From the NCBI GenBank assembly GCA_965250285.1, contig OZ252299.1:5600001-5664000 (forward strand): a stretch of DNA of 64,000 bases. The letters run 5' to 3'. Below the pieces are notes generated by a model. That model searched no databases. It saw only the letters and a list, made by a program, of their open reading frames with translations, and was not told where the DNA came from. This DNA is from Myxococcota bacterium. GTDB taxonomy: Bacteria > Myxococcota_A > UBA9160 > UBA4427. This document shows, piece by piece, positions 53,435 through 64,000 of the stretch; the first letter of the stretch is position 1, and each line of letters begins with the position of its first letter. A program made the position numbers and the translations under genes.

Positions 53435-54941
53435 GGCGATTGCCTCCCCCTCGCGATCGACCGCCCCGGCGGCGTCGCTTGCGCGGGCGGTCCCCGTCGC
53501 CCCCCGAGTGCGAAGCGCCGTCGTCGCTCTGGCTCTGACCGCCGGCGCGCTCCTCGGCCTCGGCTGCGGCTTCGGCGCCGATCGGCTTCTTGGCCTTCTT
53601 CTTCGGCGCGTCTTCGGTGATGGTCGTCTCGGGTCGGTGATCGTGCAGATAGGCCGCGGCGATGCCGGCCAGGTCGCGGCGACCTTCGCGGGTCTCGGCC
53701 ATCTCTTCGACGATCGGGATCAGGCGATCGATCTGCACCTTGAGCTCGTCTTCGGGCGCGTGCCGCATCTCCTGCTCGACCTTGACCGTCAGACGTTCGC
53801 GCAGGCGATTGCGCATGTCCTTCTCGGCGGGCGCCTTGCGCTCGGTCATCGAGATCTTGTTGACGTGCTGCATGCTCTTGAAGTTGCCGATGTCGAGCCC
53901 CGAGACCAGTGAAATCGCGGTGCCCGACTTGCCCGCGCGGCCGGTGCGTCCCGTGCGGTGGACGTAGGTCTCGGCCGAGTCGCTGGCGGCGTAGCTGATC
54001 ACGTGGGAGAGGTCGCTGATGTCGATGCCGCGTGCGGCGACGTCGGTGGCGACGAGGAACTTGAGGTCGCCGGCCTTGATCTTGGCCAGCGCCTTCTCGC
54101 GGGCGGCCTGCTGCAGATCGCCCGAGATCTGGTCGGCCTGGAACCCGCGCCGCTGCAGATACGAGGTGACGTAGCGCACGTCGGCCTTGGTGTTGCAGAA
54201 GATGATCGCGCTCTCGGGGTCTTCGTACTCGAGGATGCGCGCGAGCAGCTTCTCCTTCTCGCTCGCCTGGCACATGTAGAAGACGTGCTCGATCTGCTGC
54301 GGGGAGTCGGTCTCCTGATCCATCGCGACGAACTCGGGATCGTTCAGGAAGAACCGCGACAGCGACCGCACCTTCTCGGGGATCGTCGCCGAGAACAGGT
54401 AGCTGCGGCGCTGCTTCGGGAGGTACGACTCGATCTCGCGCATGTCGGGCCAGAAGCCGAGCGAGAGCATCTCGTCGGCTTCGTCGAAGACCAGCGTCTT
54501 CAGGTGGTCGACGTCCATGCGGCCGTTCGAGAGGTGGTCGAGGATGCGGCCGGGCGTGCCGACCACGACGTGCGCCCCCTCCTCGAGGCCCTCGAGCTGG
54601 GCGGCGTAGCCGACGCCGCCGTAGACCGCGAGCACGCGCACGCCGGCGTGCGAGCCGAGGGTCTCGACCTCTTGCTGCACCTGCAGCGCCAGCTCGCGGG
54701 TGGGCGCCATCACCAGGGCCTGCACCTGGGGCAGGCTCGTGTCGATGGCCTCGATGATCGGAATGCCGAAGGCGCCGGTCTTGCCGCTGCCGGTGTGGGC
54801 CTGGACGATCAGGTCGCGGCCCTCGCGCATCAGGGGAATCGTGGCGGCCTGGACGGGCATCGCCTTCGTCCAGCCGAGGTCGTGCAGGGCTTTCTGGATG
54901 TTTTCGGGAATGCCCTGGAATACAGCGTCGAGTTCACTCAT
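53385..54941 (-). CDS. DEAD-box RNA helicase
   Basis: Motifs AHTGSGKT, PTRELA, TPGR, DEAD, SAT, ARGID and HRTGRTGRAG; basic tail. Confidence 0.97.
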   Translation of the reverse strand: MSELDAVFQGIPENIQKALHDLGWTKAMPVQAATIPLMREGRDLIVQAHTGSGKTGAFGIPIIEAIDTSLPQVQALVMAPTRELALQVQQEVETLGSHAGVRVLAVYGGVGYAAQLEGLEEGAHVVVGTPGRILDHLSNGRMDVDHLKTLVFDEADEMLSLGFWPDMREIESYLPKQRRSYLFSATIPEKVRSLSRFFLNDPEFVAMDQETDSPQQIEHVFYMCQASEKEKLLARILEYEDPESAIIFCNTKADVRYVTSYLQRRGFQADQISGDLQQAAREKALAKIKAGDLKFLVATDVAARGIDISDLSHVISYAASDSAETYVHRTGRTGRAGKSGTAISLVSGLDIGNFKSMQHVNKISMTERKAPAEKDMRNRLRERLTVKVEQEMRHAPEDELKVQIDRLIPIVEEMAETREGRRDLAGIAAAYLHDHRPETTITEDAPKKKAKKPIGAEAAAEAEERAGGQSQSDDGASHSGGDGDRPRKRRRRGGRSRGGGNRRDGGRAPSSSRGGDRS

Positions 54942-54967
54942 GAGGGGCGGCAGGCTAGCAGGTCTGC

Positions 54968-55370
54968 GCTCGGCTGCGGACGCCCGGAGCACGGCATCTC
55001 CGGCACCTTCTCCCTGCGCCGACCTTCACCGTTCTTGCGCTCGGCTGCGGACGCGTGGAGCACCCCAGCTCCGGCACCTTCTCCCTGCGCCGATCCTCGG
55101 CGTACACGAGTACGCCTGCGGCCGGCTTCGGTCCGAGGGCGCCGGATCTGTGGCACTCCACGCGCCCTCGCTGCGAGCGACGTGACGGGGGAGAGTGCTC
55201 GGCTGCGGTCGTGTGGAGCACCTCAGCTCCGGCACCTTCTCCCTGCGCCGATCCTCGGCGTACACGAGTACGCCTGCGGCCGGCTTCGGTCCGAGGGCGC
55301 CGGATCTGTGGCACTCGACGCGCCCTCGCTGCGAGCGACGTGAGGGGGGAGAGTGCTCGGCTGCGGACGT
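54968..55370. repeat. Tandem palindromic intergenic element (one 71-bp partial unit plus two 158-bp units); REPIN/MITE-like
   Basis: gctcggctgcgg recurs at 54968, 55039, 55197 and 55355. Segments 55039-55196 and 55197-55354 are near-identical. Confidence 0.9.
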
Positions 55371-55494
55371 GCGGCCTTGCTGGGACGACGATGTGGGATT
55401 CTCGATGTCTTTGGCGTCGGGTGCGGGATCTGGGGAGTGGGGACGGGGGCTCTCGGCCCGCGGTGGTGGGGGGAGGCTGCTAGATTGGGCCGCC

Positions 55495-55794
55495 ATGTCG
55501 ACGTTTACCCGTGAGGACGTGATTCGTGTGGCCGAGCTGGCGCGGCTCGAGCTGAGCGACGACGAGGCCGAGCGCATGAGCGCCGAGCTCGGGCTGATCC
55601 TCGATCACGTCGAGGCGCTGCAGGCGCTCGATACCGAAGGCATCGTGCCGACGGCCCACGCGATCCCGCTGGCGACGCCGATGCGGGCCGACGTGCCCGA
55701 GCCGGGCATCGACCCCGACCGTGCGCTCGCCAACGCGCCCCGGCGGGAGGGCGACGCGTTCGCCGTACCCAAGGTGCTCGAGGACGACGGATGA
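55495..55794 (+). CDS. gatC: Asp-tRNA(Asn)/Glu-tRNA(Gln) amidotransferase subunit C
   Basis: Motifs VAELARLEL, MRADVP and FAVPKVL; lies directly upstream of gatA. Confidence 0.95.
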   Translation: MSTFTREDVIRVAELARLELSDDEAERMSAELGLILDHVEALQALDTEGIVPTAHAIPLATPMRADVPEPGIDPDRALANAPRREGDAFAVPKVLEDDG

Positions 55795-57262
55795 GCGACG
55801 CGCGCGTCCCCGAAGACAGCCTGGCGGGCCAGCGAGCGGCCCTCGAAGCCGGCGAGTCGACGTCGGCCGGTCTGGTGGCGCAGGCGCTCGAGCGCTGCGC
55901 GGGGCCGGGGCGACGGCTCGGCGCGGTGATCGGCCTGCGCGAAGACGCAGCGCGGGCCGACGCCGAGGCGGCCGATGCCCGCCGCGCCGCCGGTGATGTG
56001 CGCGGGCCCCTCGATGGCGTGCCGCTGCTCTTGAAGGACAACATGGTGCAGCGCGGCGAGCCGACGAGCTGCGCCTCGCGCATTCTCGAAGGCTTCGTAT
56101 CGCCCTATGACAGCACGGTCGTCGAGCGGCTGCAGGCCGCCGGCGCCGTCATCGTGGGCCGCGCGAACATGGACGAGTTCGCGATGGGCAGCTCGACCGA
56201 GAACTCGGTGTACGGGCCGGCGAAGAACCCGTTCGACGAGACGCGCACCTGCGGCGGATCGTCGGGGGGCTCGGCGGCCGCGGTCGCCGCGGGGCTCGTG
56301 CCCTTCGCGCTCGGCAGCGACACGGGGGGATCGATCCGACAGCCCGCATCGTTCTGCGGGGTCACCGGCCTCAAGCCCACATACGGACGTATCTCGCGCT
56401 GGGGGCTCGTCGCGTTCGCGTCGTCGCTCGATCAGATCGGGCCGTTCACGCACACCGCCGAAGAGGCCGCATGGGTGCTGCAGGCGATCGCCGGCCACGA
56501 TCCGCGCGATTCGACGTCGATCCCGGCGGCGGTGCCCGACTTCGCCGCCGAGCTCTCGGGGGACGTCTCGGGGCTGACGATCGGCATCCCGCACGAAGCC
56601 TTCGAGACCGCGGGCCTCGACGCCGACGTGCGTGCGCTCGTCGAAGCGGCGATCGCCGAGATCGAGGCGGCAGGCGCCAAGACGATGCCCGTGCAGCTCC
56701 CGCACCTGAAGTACGGCGTCGACGCCTACTACGTGATCGCGACCGCCGAAGCGTCGAGCAACCTCGCGCGCTTCGACGGCGCAAGGTACGGCCGCCGCGC
56801 CGAGGGCGTGCGCGATCTCGACGAGATGTACCGGCGCTCGCGCAGCGAGGGCTTCGGGGACGAGGTGAAGCGGCGCATCCTGCTGGGCACGTTCGTGCTT
56901 TCGGCGGGCTACTACGACGCGTACTACAAGAAGGCGCAGCAGGTGCGGACGCTCGTGCGCGGCGACTTCGACCGCGCCTTCGAGCAGTGCGACGTCGTGG
57001 CGATGCCGACGTATCCCGAGCCGGCCTTCCCCCTCGGTGAGAAGAGCGAGGATCCGCTCTCGATGTATCTCGGCGACATCTTCACGGTCACGGCGAACCT
57101 CGCGGGTCTGCCCGGCGTCTCGATCCCGTGTGGCGAGACGCAGGGGCTGCCGGTCGGCCTGCAGCTGCTCGGCGCTCCGCTCGAAGAGGGGCGGCTGCTG
57201 CGGGTGGCCGACGCGTTCCAGCGCCGCACCGAGCATCACCTCGCCAGGCCGGAGGATGTGAA

Positions 57263-57266
<4 letters not shown>
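55791..57266 (+). CDS. gatA: Asp-tRNA(Asn)/Glu-tRNA(Gln) amidotransferase subunit A
   Basis: Amidase signature GGSSGGS...GSDTGGSIRQP, plus SSNLARFDG and LSAGYYDAYY. Confidence 0.97.
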
Positions 57267-58786
<1,520 letters not shown>

Positions 58787-58953
58787 GCGGCGGGGTCTGC
58801 GAGGGGCGTTCTCGCTCGCTCGGCTCCCGCATAGGTCGCCTGAGACACGTTCGCTCGGGCACGCGGGCCACTCCGAAGCGATCCGATGGGATCGCGCGAC
58901 GCCACTTGGGTAATCTGTGCGTTCGGGTCGGGAGGGATGCTGAGGAAGACGTC

Positions 58954-60156
58954 GTGGTGCGTGTTGCTGTTCTCATTCCGATTCTCGCGCTGACTCAGAT
59001 CGGCTGCACCGAGGTCGAGCCCGCGAGCGATGAGCCGCCGCGCATCGAGCTCGTGTCCGACGCCCGCGAGGCAGTCGTCGAGCAGCTGAGCTGCAGCGGG
59101 TTCGACCCGATGGAAGGCGCCATCGACTGCGCGCTCTCGGCCGAGTGGCCGTCCTCGCCGGACGCCGCCTTCGGCCCCTTCTCGGACGCCTTTCACCGCT
59201 CGACGGTGACGCCGACCGCCTTCTCGTTCACGGCGGAGGCGCGTCAGCACTTCACGCAGCCCGCGACGACACCGCCTTTCGGGATCATCGACAACGAATT
59301 CGTCTGGTTCGACGTCACCTTCGACGTGCTGCAGCCGGTGCGCATCAACATGTCGGGGCTCAAGGAGGCCGATCTGACGGCGGTCAGCGAAGCGGATGTC
59401 TTCTTGTATCGCGGAACCGACGTCGAGTACCGGCCGATCCACCCCTTCGAGCGCAACGGGTTCGACGACTCGCGTGTACTCGAGCCGGACCGCTACCGGC
59501 TCTTCGCGCAGGCGCTCGCGCCCAACTGGGTGAATGGATCGATGGCCGATGTGGAGCTCGACGTGACGTTCGAGCCCGCCGACGCGATGCCGCCGAGGTC
59601 GCCCAGCACGGGCGACGAGGTGGTCGTCGCGGTCGATGCCCGATCGGCCGAGCGCACCGAGCTCGATTGCCGTTCGGTCGCGGCGGGGCCGTGCCCCGAG
59701 CCCCAGGTCGTCGTGACCGGACCCCCGGCCCCCGGTGCGGACTGGGTTACCGACACCTTCGATTCGACGTTCGATCTCGCGGCCGGCACGGCGAGCGCTG
59801 TGGCCTGGACCAGGCGTGAGGGCCTGCTCTCGGCTCCAGGGGGGGCACCCGGCGACTACGCGACGCGCGATGCGTTCGTCTACGACGTCACGTTCGAGGC
59901 GCGCGCGCGGGTCGAGCTCGAGATCGAAGGCAACCGGGGTGCGATTTCTCCGTGTGAGGCCTCGTTCGAGGTGTACCGCGGCTCGGCGAAGCTCTTCGAC
60001 GCCATCTCGTCTGCGCCGGGTTCGACGTTCTCGTATCGCGGCGTGCTCGAGCCCGGCCCGTTTCGAATCGTCGCGACGGCCGGGGGCGGTTTCGATTGCT
60101 TGTATTCCTCAACATTCGATTTCGAAGCTGCATGGTGGCCGGTCGAGTCACGCTGA
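58954..60156 (+). CDS. Hypothetical lipoprotein with two internally repeated beta-rich domains
   Basis: Hydrophobic N-terminus with QIGC lipobox, GC3-biased frame and a duplicated DVTF...YRG...VLEP module. Confidence 0.65.
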   Translation: MVRVAVLIPILALTQIGCTEVEPASDEPPRIELVSDAREAVVEQLSCSGFDPMEGAIDCALSAEWPSSPDAAFGPFSDAFHRSTVTPTAFSFTAEARQHFTQPATTPPFGIIDNEFVWFDVTFDVLQPVRINMSGLKEADLTAVSEADVFLYRGTDVEYRPIHPFERNGFDDSRVLEPDRYRLFAQALAPNWVNGSMADVELDVTFEPADAMPPRSPSTGDEVVVAVDARSAERTELDCRSVAAGPCPEPQVVVTGPPAPGADWVTDTFDSTFDLAAGTASAVAWTRREGLLSAPGGAPGDYATRDAFVYDVTFEARARVELEIEGNRGAISPCEASFEVYRGSAKLFDAISSAPGSTFSYRGVLEPGPFRIVATAGGGFDCLYSSTFDFEAAWWPVESR

Positions 60157-60388
60157 CCCGACGCCGTGCGGGTTCGGAACGCGACACTTCTCGGTCCGCC
60201 GACGCCTGCGCAAACCACGTCGCTGCGGTCGCATTGCGCATCGCCTGCCAACGCATGCGCACGCGATGCGGCGCCTGTGCAGCTACGCAAAAAATGTGGG
60301 GATCATCACCCAGGGTCTGAGCCGAACCTGCCGAAACGTGACCATCGGACGGGGTGTCCGAGCACGGTTTGCGTTTCGGGGGGAGAGC

Positions 60389-62026
60389 ATGGCTTCGGCG
60401 ATTCACGCGCCCGCAGACGAAGGGGCGCCGCTTCGTTCACCGGAGATCGAGAGCGAGGCGAGCAAGCGCGGCCCGGGGGCCAGCCGGCATGCAGCGGCGG
60501 CCTTCGAGGGCGATCTGCGCGATTTCGACTTCGCGATGCTGCTGCATCGGCTCCATGTCGAGCGCGCCACCGGCGTGTTGATGCTGCAGAACGCGAAGAA
60601 GAAGAAGGCGGTCCAGCTCAAGGACGGCCACCCGGTCTCAGTCAAGTCGAACCTCGTCGAGGAGTGCCTGGGGCACATGCTCGTTCGCCAGGGCGTGATC
60701 GATCAGGATCAGGCGCGCCATTCGCTCGAGCAGGCCCGCAAGAAGGGGGGTCTGCAGGGCGAGATCCTCGTCGCGATGGATTGGATCGATGAGGAGCGAC
60801 TGGCCGAGGCGCTGCGCGCCCAGGCCGTCGACAAGCTCTACGAGATCTTCACGTGGAAGCGCGGTGGCTTCGGCTTCAAGCCGGGCAAGCGCATCAAGGG
60901 CGGCAACGCCCTGGCCCTCGATTACAGCGTGGCCAACATGATTCTCGCCGGCTGCCGCGACTACGTGCCCAGCCGCCGCGTCGACGACTTCTTCACGCGC
61001 TACGCGCTCGTCGAGATGGGCCGGGCTTCGAACGAGTTCGATCGCTTTCAAGACGTCACGGTCAGCCAGGCCGAAGAGAAGGTGATCTGCGAGGTCGCCG
61101 AGGGCGTGCTCGTCGGCGAGTACGTCGCCGAGGCCGACCGGGTGCGTCGCGCCGTCTACGGGCTCGTGGCCACCGGCCTGGTCGATACCAGCGGCGAGCC
61201 CGCAGCCGCCGTACCGGCCCGCAACCGCGAGGCCGAAGCCGACGACTCGCAGCCCGCGGTCATGCCCGAAGGCGTTGCGCCGGCGCCGCCGGCGGCCGAC
61301 GTCGACGCCGAAGCGAAGGAGATCTCGACCTGGCTCGATGCTGCGCGCGGTCGCAGCCACTACGAGCTGCTCGAGGTCACTTCGACGGCCGGCGATGACG
61401 GCATCCGCGAAGCCTACGAGCGGCTCGCGAAGCGCTTCCACCGCGACCGCTTCCGCAACGCGACGGCGGCCGTGCAGCGAATCGCCGACGAGGCTGCGGC
61501 GCGCATCCACCGCGCCTACGAAGCGATCGCGACGGCCGATGCCCGCCTGGCGTACGCCGCCTCGGTCAAGCGCGAGGCGAGCGAGGACAAGGACCGCGCC
61601 GAGACCAAGCGCGTGCTGAGGGCCGAAGCGGCCTTCCAGCGCGGCGAGGCGGCGCTGCGGGGTCGCGACTACGAAGCGGCGCTCGAACACTTCGGGGCCG
61701 CCGTGCAGGCCTATCCCGAGGAGGGCGAGTACCACGCCCACTACGGCTGGGCGCTCCATCTCTGCCATCCCGACGATGCCGCGATCGCGCACGAGGCGAT
61801 CGATCACGTCAAGAAGGGCGCCAAGCTGGCGCCCGATCGGGAGAAGCCCTACCTCTTTCTCGGCCGCCTCTGCAAGGCGGTGGGCCGGCTCGATGCCGCC
61901 GAGAAGATGTTCACGAAGGCTGTTCGACTGCGGCCCGAGTGCGTCGAGGCGCTGCGCGAGCTGCGGCTGATCAACATGCGTCGGGAGAAGGGCAAGGGCC
62001 TGATCGGCCGTCTGCTGGGTCGCTAG
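60389..62026 (+). CDS. DUF4388-like + J-like domain + TPR protein
   Basis: Segments FEGDL...ATGVL and FTWKRGGF; J-like YELLEV...AYERLAKRFHRD...AYE; C-terminal TPRs. ATG 60389 follows GGAG. Confidence 0.85.
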   Translation: MASAIHAPADEGAPLRSPEIESEASKRGPGASRHAAAAFEGDLRDFDFAMLLHRLHVERATGVLMLQNAKKKKAVQLKDGHPVSVKSNLVEECLGHMLVRQGVIDQDQARHSLEQARKKGGLQGEILVAMDWIDEERLAEALRAQAVDKLYEIFTWKRGGFGFKPGKRIKGGNALALDYSVANMILAGCRDYVPSRRVDDFFTRYALVEMGRASNEFDRFQDVTVSQAEEKVICEVAEGVLVGEYVAEADRVRRAVYGLVATGLVDTSGEPAAAVPARNREAEADDSQPAVMPEGVAPAPPAADVDAEAKEISTWLDAARGRSHYELLEVTSTAGDDGIREAYERLAKRFHRDRFRNATAAVQRIADEAAARIHRAYEAIATADARLAYAASVKREASEDKDRAETKRVLRAEAAFQRGEAALRGRDYEAALEHFGAAVQAYPEEGEYHAHYGWALHLCHPDDAAIAHEAIDHVKKGAKLAPDREKPYLFLGRLCKAVGRLDAAEKMFTKAVRLRPECVEALRELRLINMRREKGKGLIGRLLGR

Positions 62027-62125
62027 CCCGGCGTCTTCGCCGCTCCCCCATGCGCGCGACGGCGTCGCGCGAGGTGAACGGCGCGAGGCGCACGGTGCAG
62101 GGCACCACGTGGAAGGAACGGCTCG

Positions 62126-63061
62126 ATGGGCGACAACCCCGCCGCAGGTGTGACCGGCGATTGGATCTGGCTCGACGGTGAGTGGGTGCCGTGGGCGGAT
62201 GCGAACGTCCACATCCTGACGCACAGCCTCCACTACGGCCTCGGCGTCTTCGAAGGCATCCGCTGCTACAAGACCGAAGACGGTCGCAGCGCCGTCTTTC
62301 GACTGCCCGAACACATGCGCCGGCTCTACGACTCGGCGCACATCAACCTGATGGACGTGCCCTACGACATCGACCTCGTGACCGAGGCGGTGTGCGAATC
62401 GCTGCGGCGCAACGGCCTCGACGAGGGCTACATCCGACCGCTCGTGTTCATCGGCGATGGCGCGATGGGTCTGCACCCCGGCGACAACCCCGTGCGGGTG
62501 GCGGTGATCAGCTGGGCATGGGGCAAGTATCTCGGCGAAGACGGCATGGCGCGCGGCATTCGGGCGAAGGTGTCGACCTTCTCGCGCCATCACGTCAACG
62601 CGAAGATGACCAACGGCAAGACCTGCGGCGACTATGTGAACTCGATCCTCGCGAAGCGCGAGGCCGTGCTCGATGGCTACGACGAAGCGGTCATGCTCGA
62701 CACGCAGGGGCTGGTGTCGGAGTGCACGGGCGAGAACATCTTCGTTGTCCGCGACGGGGTGATCCACACGCCGCTCGCGCACAGCGTGCTGAACGGGATC
62801 ACCCGGGCGTCGATGATCGAGCTGGCTCGTTCGAGGGGCATCGAGGTCGTCGAGACGACGCTGACCCGCGACGATCTCTACATCGCCGACGAGATCTTCC
62901 TGACCGGGACCGCCGCCGAGGTCACGCCGATCCGCGAGCTCGACCACCGGCAGGTGGGCGAGGGCAAGCGGGGGCCGATCGCCGAGCAGCTGCAGGCCGC
63001 CTACTTCGACGTCGTCAGCGGGCGCGACCCGAAGCATCTCGACTGGCTCACTTTCCTCTGA
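62126..63061 (+). CDS. ilvE: Branched-chain amino acid aminotransferase
   Basis: Motifs HSLHYGLGVFEG, YIRP, GENIF, LNGITR and GTAAEVTPI. Confidence 0.96.
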   Translation: MGDNPAAGVTGDWIWLDGEWVPWADANVHILTHSLHYGLGVFEGIRCYKTEDGRSAVFRLPEHMRRLYDSAHINLMDVPYDIDLVTEAVCESLRRNGLDEGYIRPLVFIGDGAMGLHPGDNPVRVAVISWAWGKYLGEDGMARGIRAKVSTFSRHHVNAKMTNGKTCGDYVNSILAKREAVLDGYDEAVMLDTQGLVSECTGENIFVVRDGVIHTPLAHSVLNGITRASMIELARSRGIEVVETTLTRDDLYIADEIFLTGTAAEVTPIRELDHRQVGEGKRGPIAEQLQAAYFDVVSGRDPKHLDWLTFL

Positions 63062-63128
63062 TTTTCCAGGTGCTTATGAGCGAGTCTGCGCCTCGCCGCG
63101 GGGTGCAGGCACCGGCTTGCATTGCGGC

Positions 63129-63157
63129 TGTATCACGTTGTGTCACGTTGTGATGCA
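63129..63157. promoter_or_regulatory. Candidate operator: tandem 10-bp direct repeat inside an imperfect inverted repeat
   Basis: TCACGTTGTG at 63133 and 63143; tgtatcac and gtgatgca form a 7/8 inverted pair; the site abuts the ATG at 63157. Confidence 0.5.
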
Positions 63158-63894
63158 TGGACACACATGATGATCGCGACTTCGAGAAGGGCGGCGCCGC
63201 AGAGCCGGAGAGCGACGACCCCACGCGCCGGGAGCAGGCCCGTGAGGCGGGCGACAAGCGGGAGCGCCGCGAGGAGCGCTCGGGCAGCGGCTGCGGCTCG
63301 CGCGAGCGGCATCGACGCCACCGGCGTCATCGTCGACACCACCGCCACGGGGGCCGCAAGGAGCGGGTGCTGCACACCCGGGTCTCCGAGCAGCTGTCCG
63401 AGGACATTCGCCGCCTGGCCGACGATCTGCGCGTGCCGGCCTCGAACCTGGTGCGCAACGTGCTCGAAGAGGTCTTCACCGTCGTCGAGAACGTGAGCGA
63501 CGACATGGGCGGCCTCTTCGAGGATCTGGTCGAGGAGGCCGAAGGGGCGCGGGATCGGCTGCGCGAGCGAGAGCGACGCGGTCGACGCCGATCGCGCTCA
63601 CGGCGCCGAACGCGCCGCGACTTCGACGACGACGTCGAAGCCGAGCTGCGCGACGACGAACGCGAAGAGGCGTCGGACCGTGAAGACGATGCCGCTGCCG
63701 CGAGCCGCGAGCCGGATCGGCCCGACGAGCCCGCGTTCCCCGACGTGCTCGGCTGGCAGCCCCTCGTGCTGAACCACGCGCGCGTGTGTGCGCGCTGCGG
63801 GGCCGAGCTGTCGCGCGGCCACCGGGGCTTCATCGGCGTGACGGCGAACGGCCTCTCCGACATCATGCTCTGTCGCTCGTGCGTCGGTACCTAG
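63157..63894 (+). CDS. Hypothetical protein: ribbon-helix-helix-like segment plus C-terminal CxxC...CxxC zinc ribbon
   Basis: VLHTRVSEQLSEDIRRLADDLRVPASNLVRNVL; CARC...CRSC; Arg/His-rich tracts. Confidence 0.7.
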   Translation: MDTHDDRDFEKGGAAEPESDDPTRREQAREAGDKRERREERSGSGCGSRERHRRHRRHRRHHRHGGRKERVLHTRVSEQLSEDIRRLADDLRVPASNLVRNVLEEVFTVVENVSDDMGGLFEDLVEEAEGARDRLRERERRGRRRSRSRRRTRRDFDDDVEAELRDDEREEASDREDDAAAASREPDRPDEPAFPDVLGWQPLVLNHARVCARCGAELSRGHRGFIGVTANGLSDIMLCRSCVGT

Positions 63895-64000
63895 TCGGGC
63901 GCCCGGCCCGCTGAACGGTACGCTTCACGCGGCCCTCTCGGCGACGGGATCGATGCGATCCGGCCGGCCCGGTGGGCTCACCCGGGCCTCGGAGAGCGAC

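Noticed and set aside
54968..55370. Possible CRISPR array or tRNA cluster
   Set aside because: The would-be spacers are themselves duplicated, and no cloverleaf with a T-loop or CCA end is visible.

Overview
A very GC-rich, gene-dense bacterial window. The gene content (PEP-CTERM proteins, a DUF4388-like/J-domain/TPR protein, many sulfatase-like lipoproteins) suggests Myxococcota or a related deltaproteobacterial lineage; this is inference. Housekeeping genes flank and punctuate the window: glmS (5'-truncated), an aldehyde dehydrogenase, a quinone oxidoreductase, a UvrD/PcrA helicase, ddl, larE, a DEAD-box helicase, gatCAB and ilvE. About 47 kb in the middle (6.2-53.4 kb) looks like a cell-surface glycosylation/decoration region. 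It holds eight predicted GT-C-type polytopic transferases, including an archaeal-AglB-like STT3 protein whose WWDYG motif is replaced by HPNLG and a TMTC-like protein that seems to need a CTG start. It also holds four GT2 enzymes, a flippase-like protein, amino-sugar enzymes, galE, four sulfatase-like proteins that all carry Thr instead of the Cys/Ser-x-P-x-R motif, two large TPR lipoproteins, and two tandem PEP-CTERM surface proteins behind a candidate sigma-54 promoter. No exosortase, rRNA, tRNA, transposase or CRISPR array was seen. Non-coding features include a tandem amplification of a convergent gene junction, a duplicated 158-bp palindromic element and a probable operator in front of a ribbon-helix-helix-like gene. 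All family assignments come from reading motifs by eye, not from database searches. Many start codons were moved from the ORF track using RBS and gene-overlap logic.
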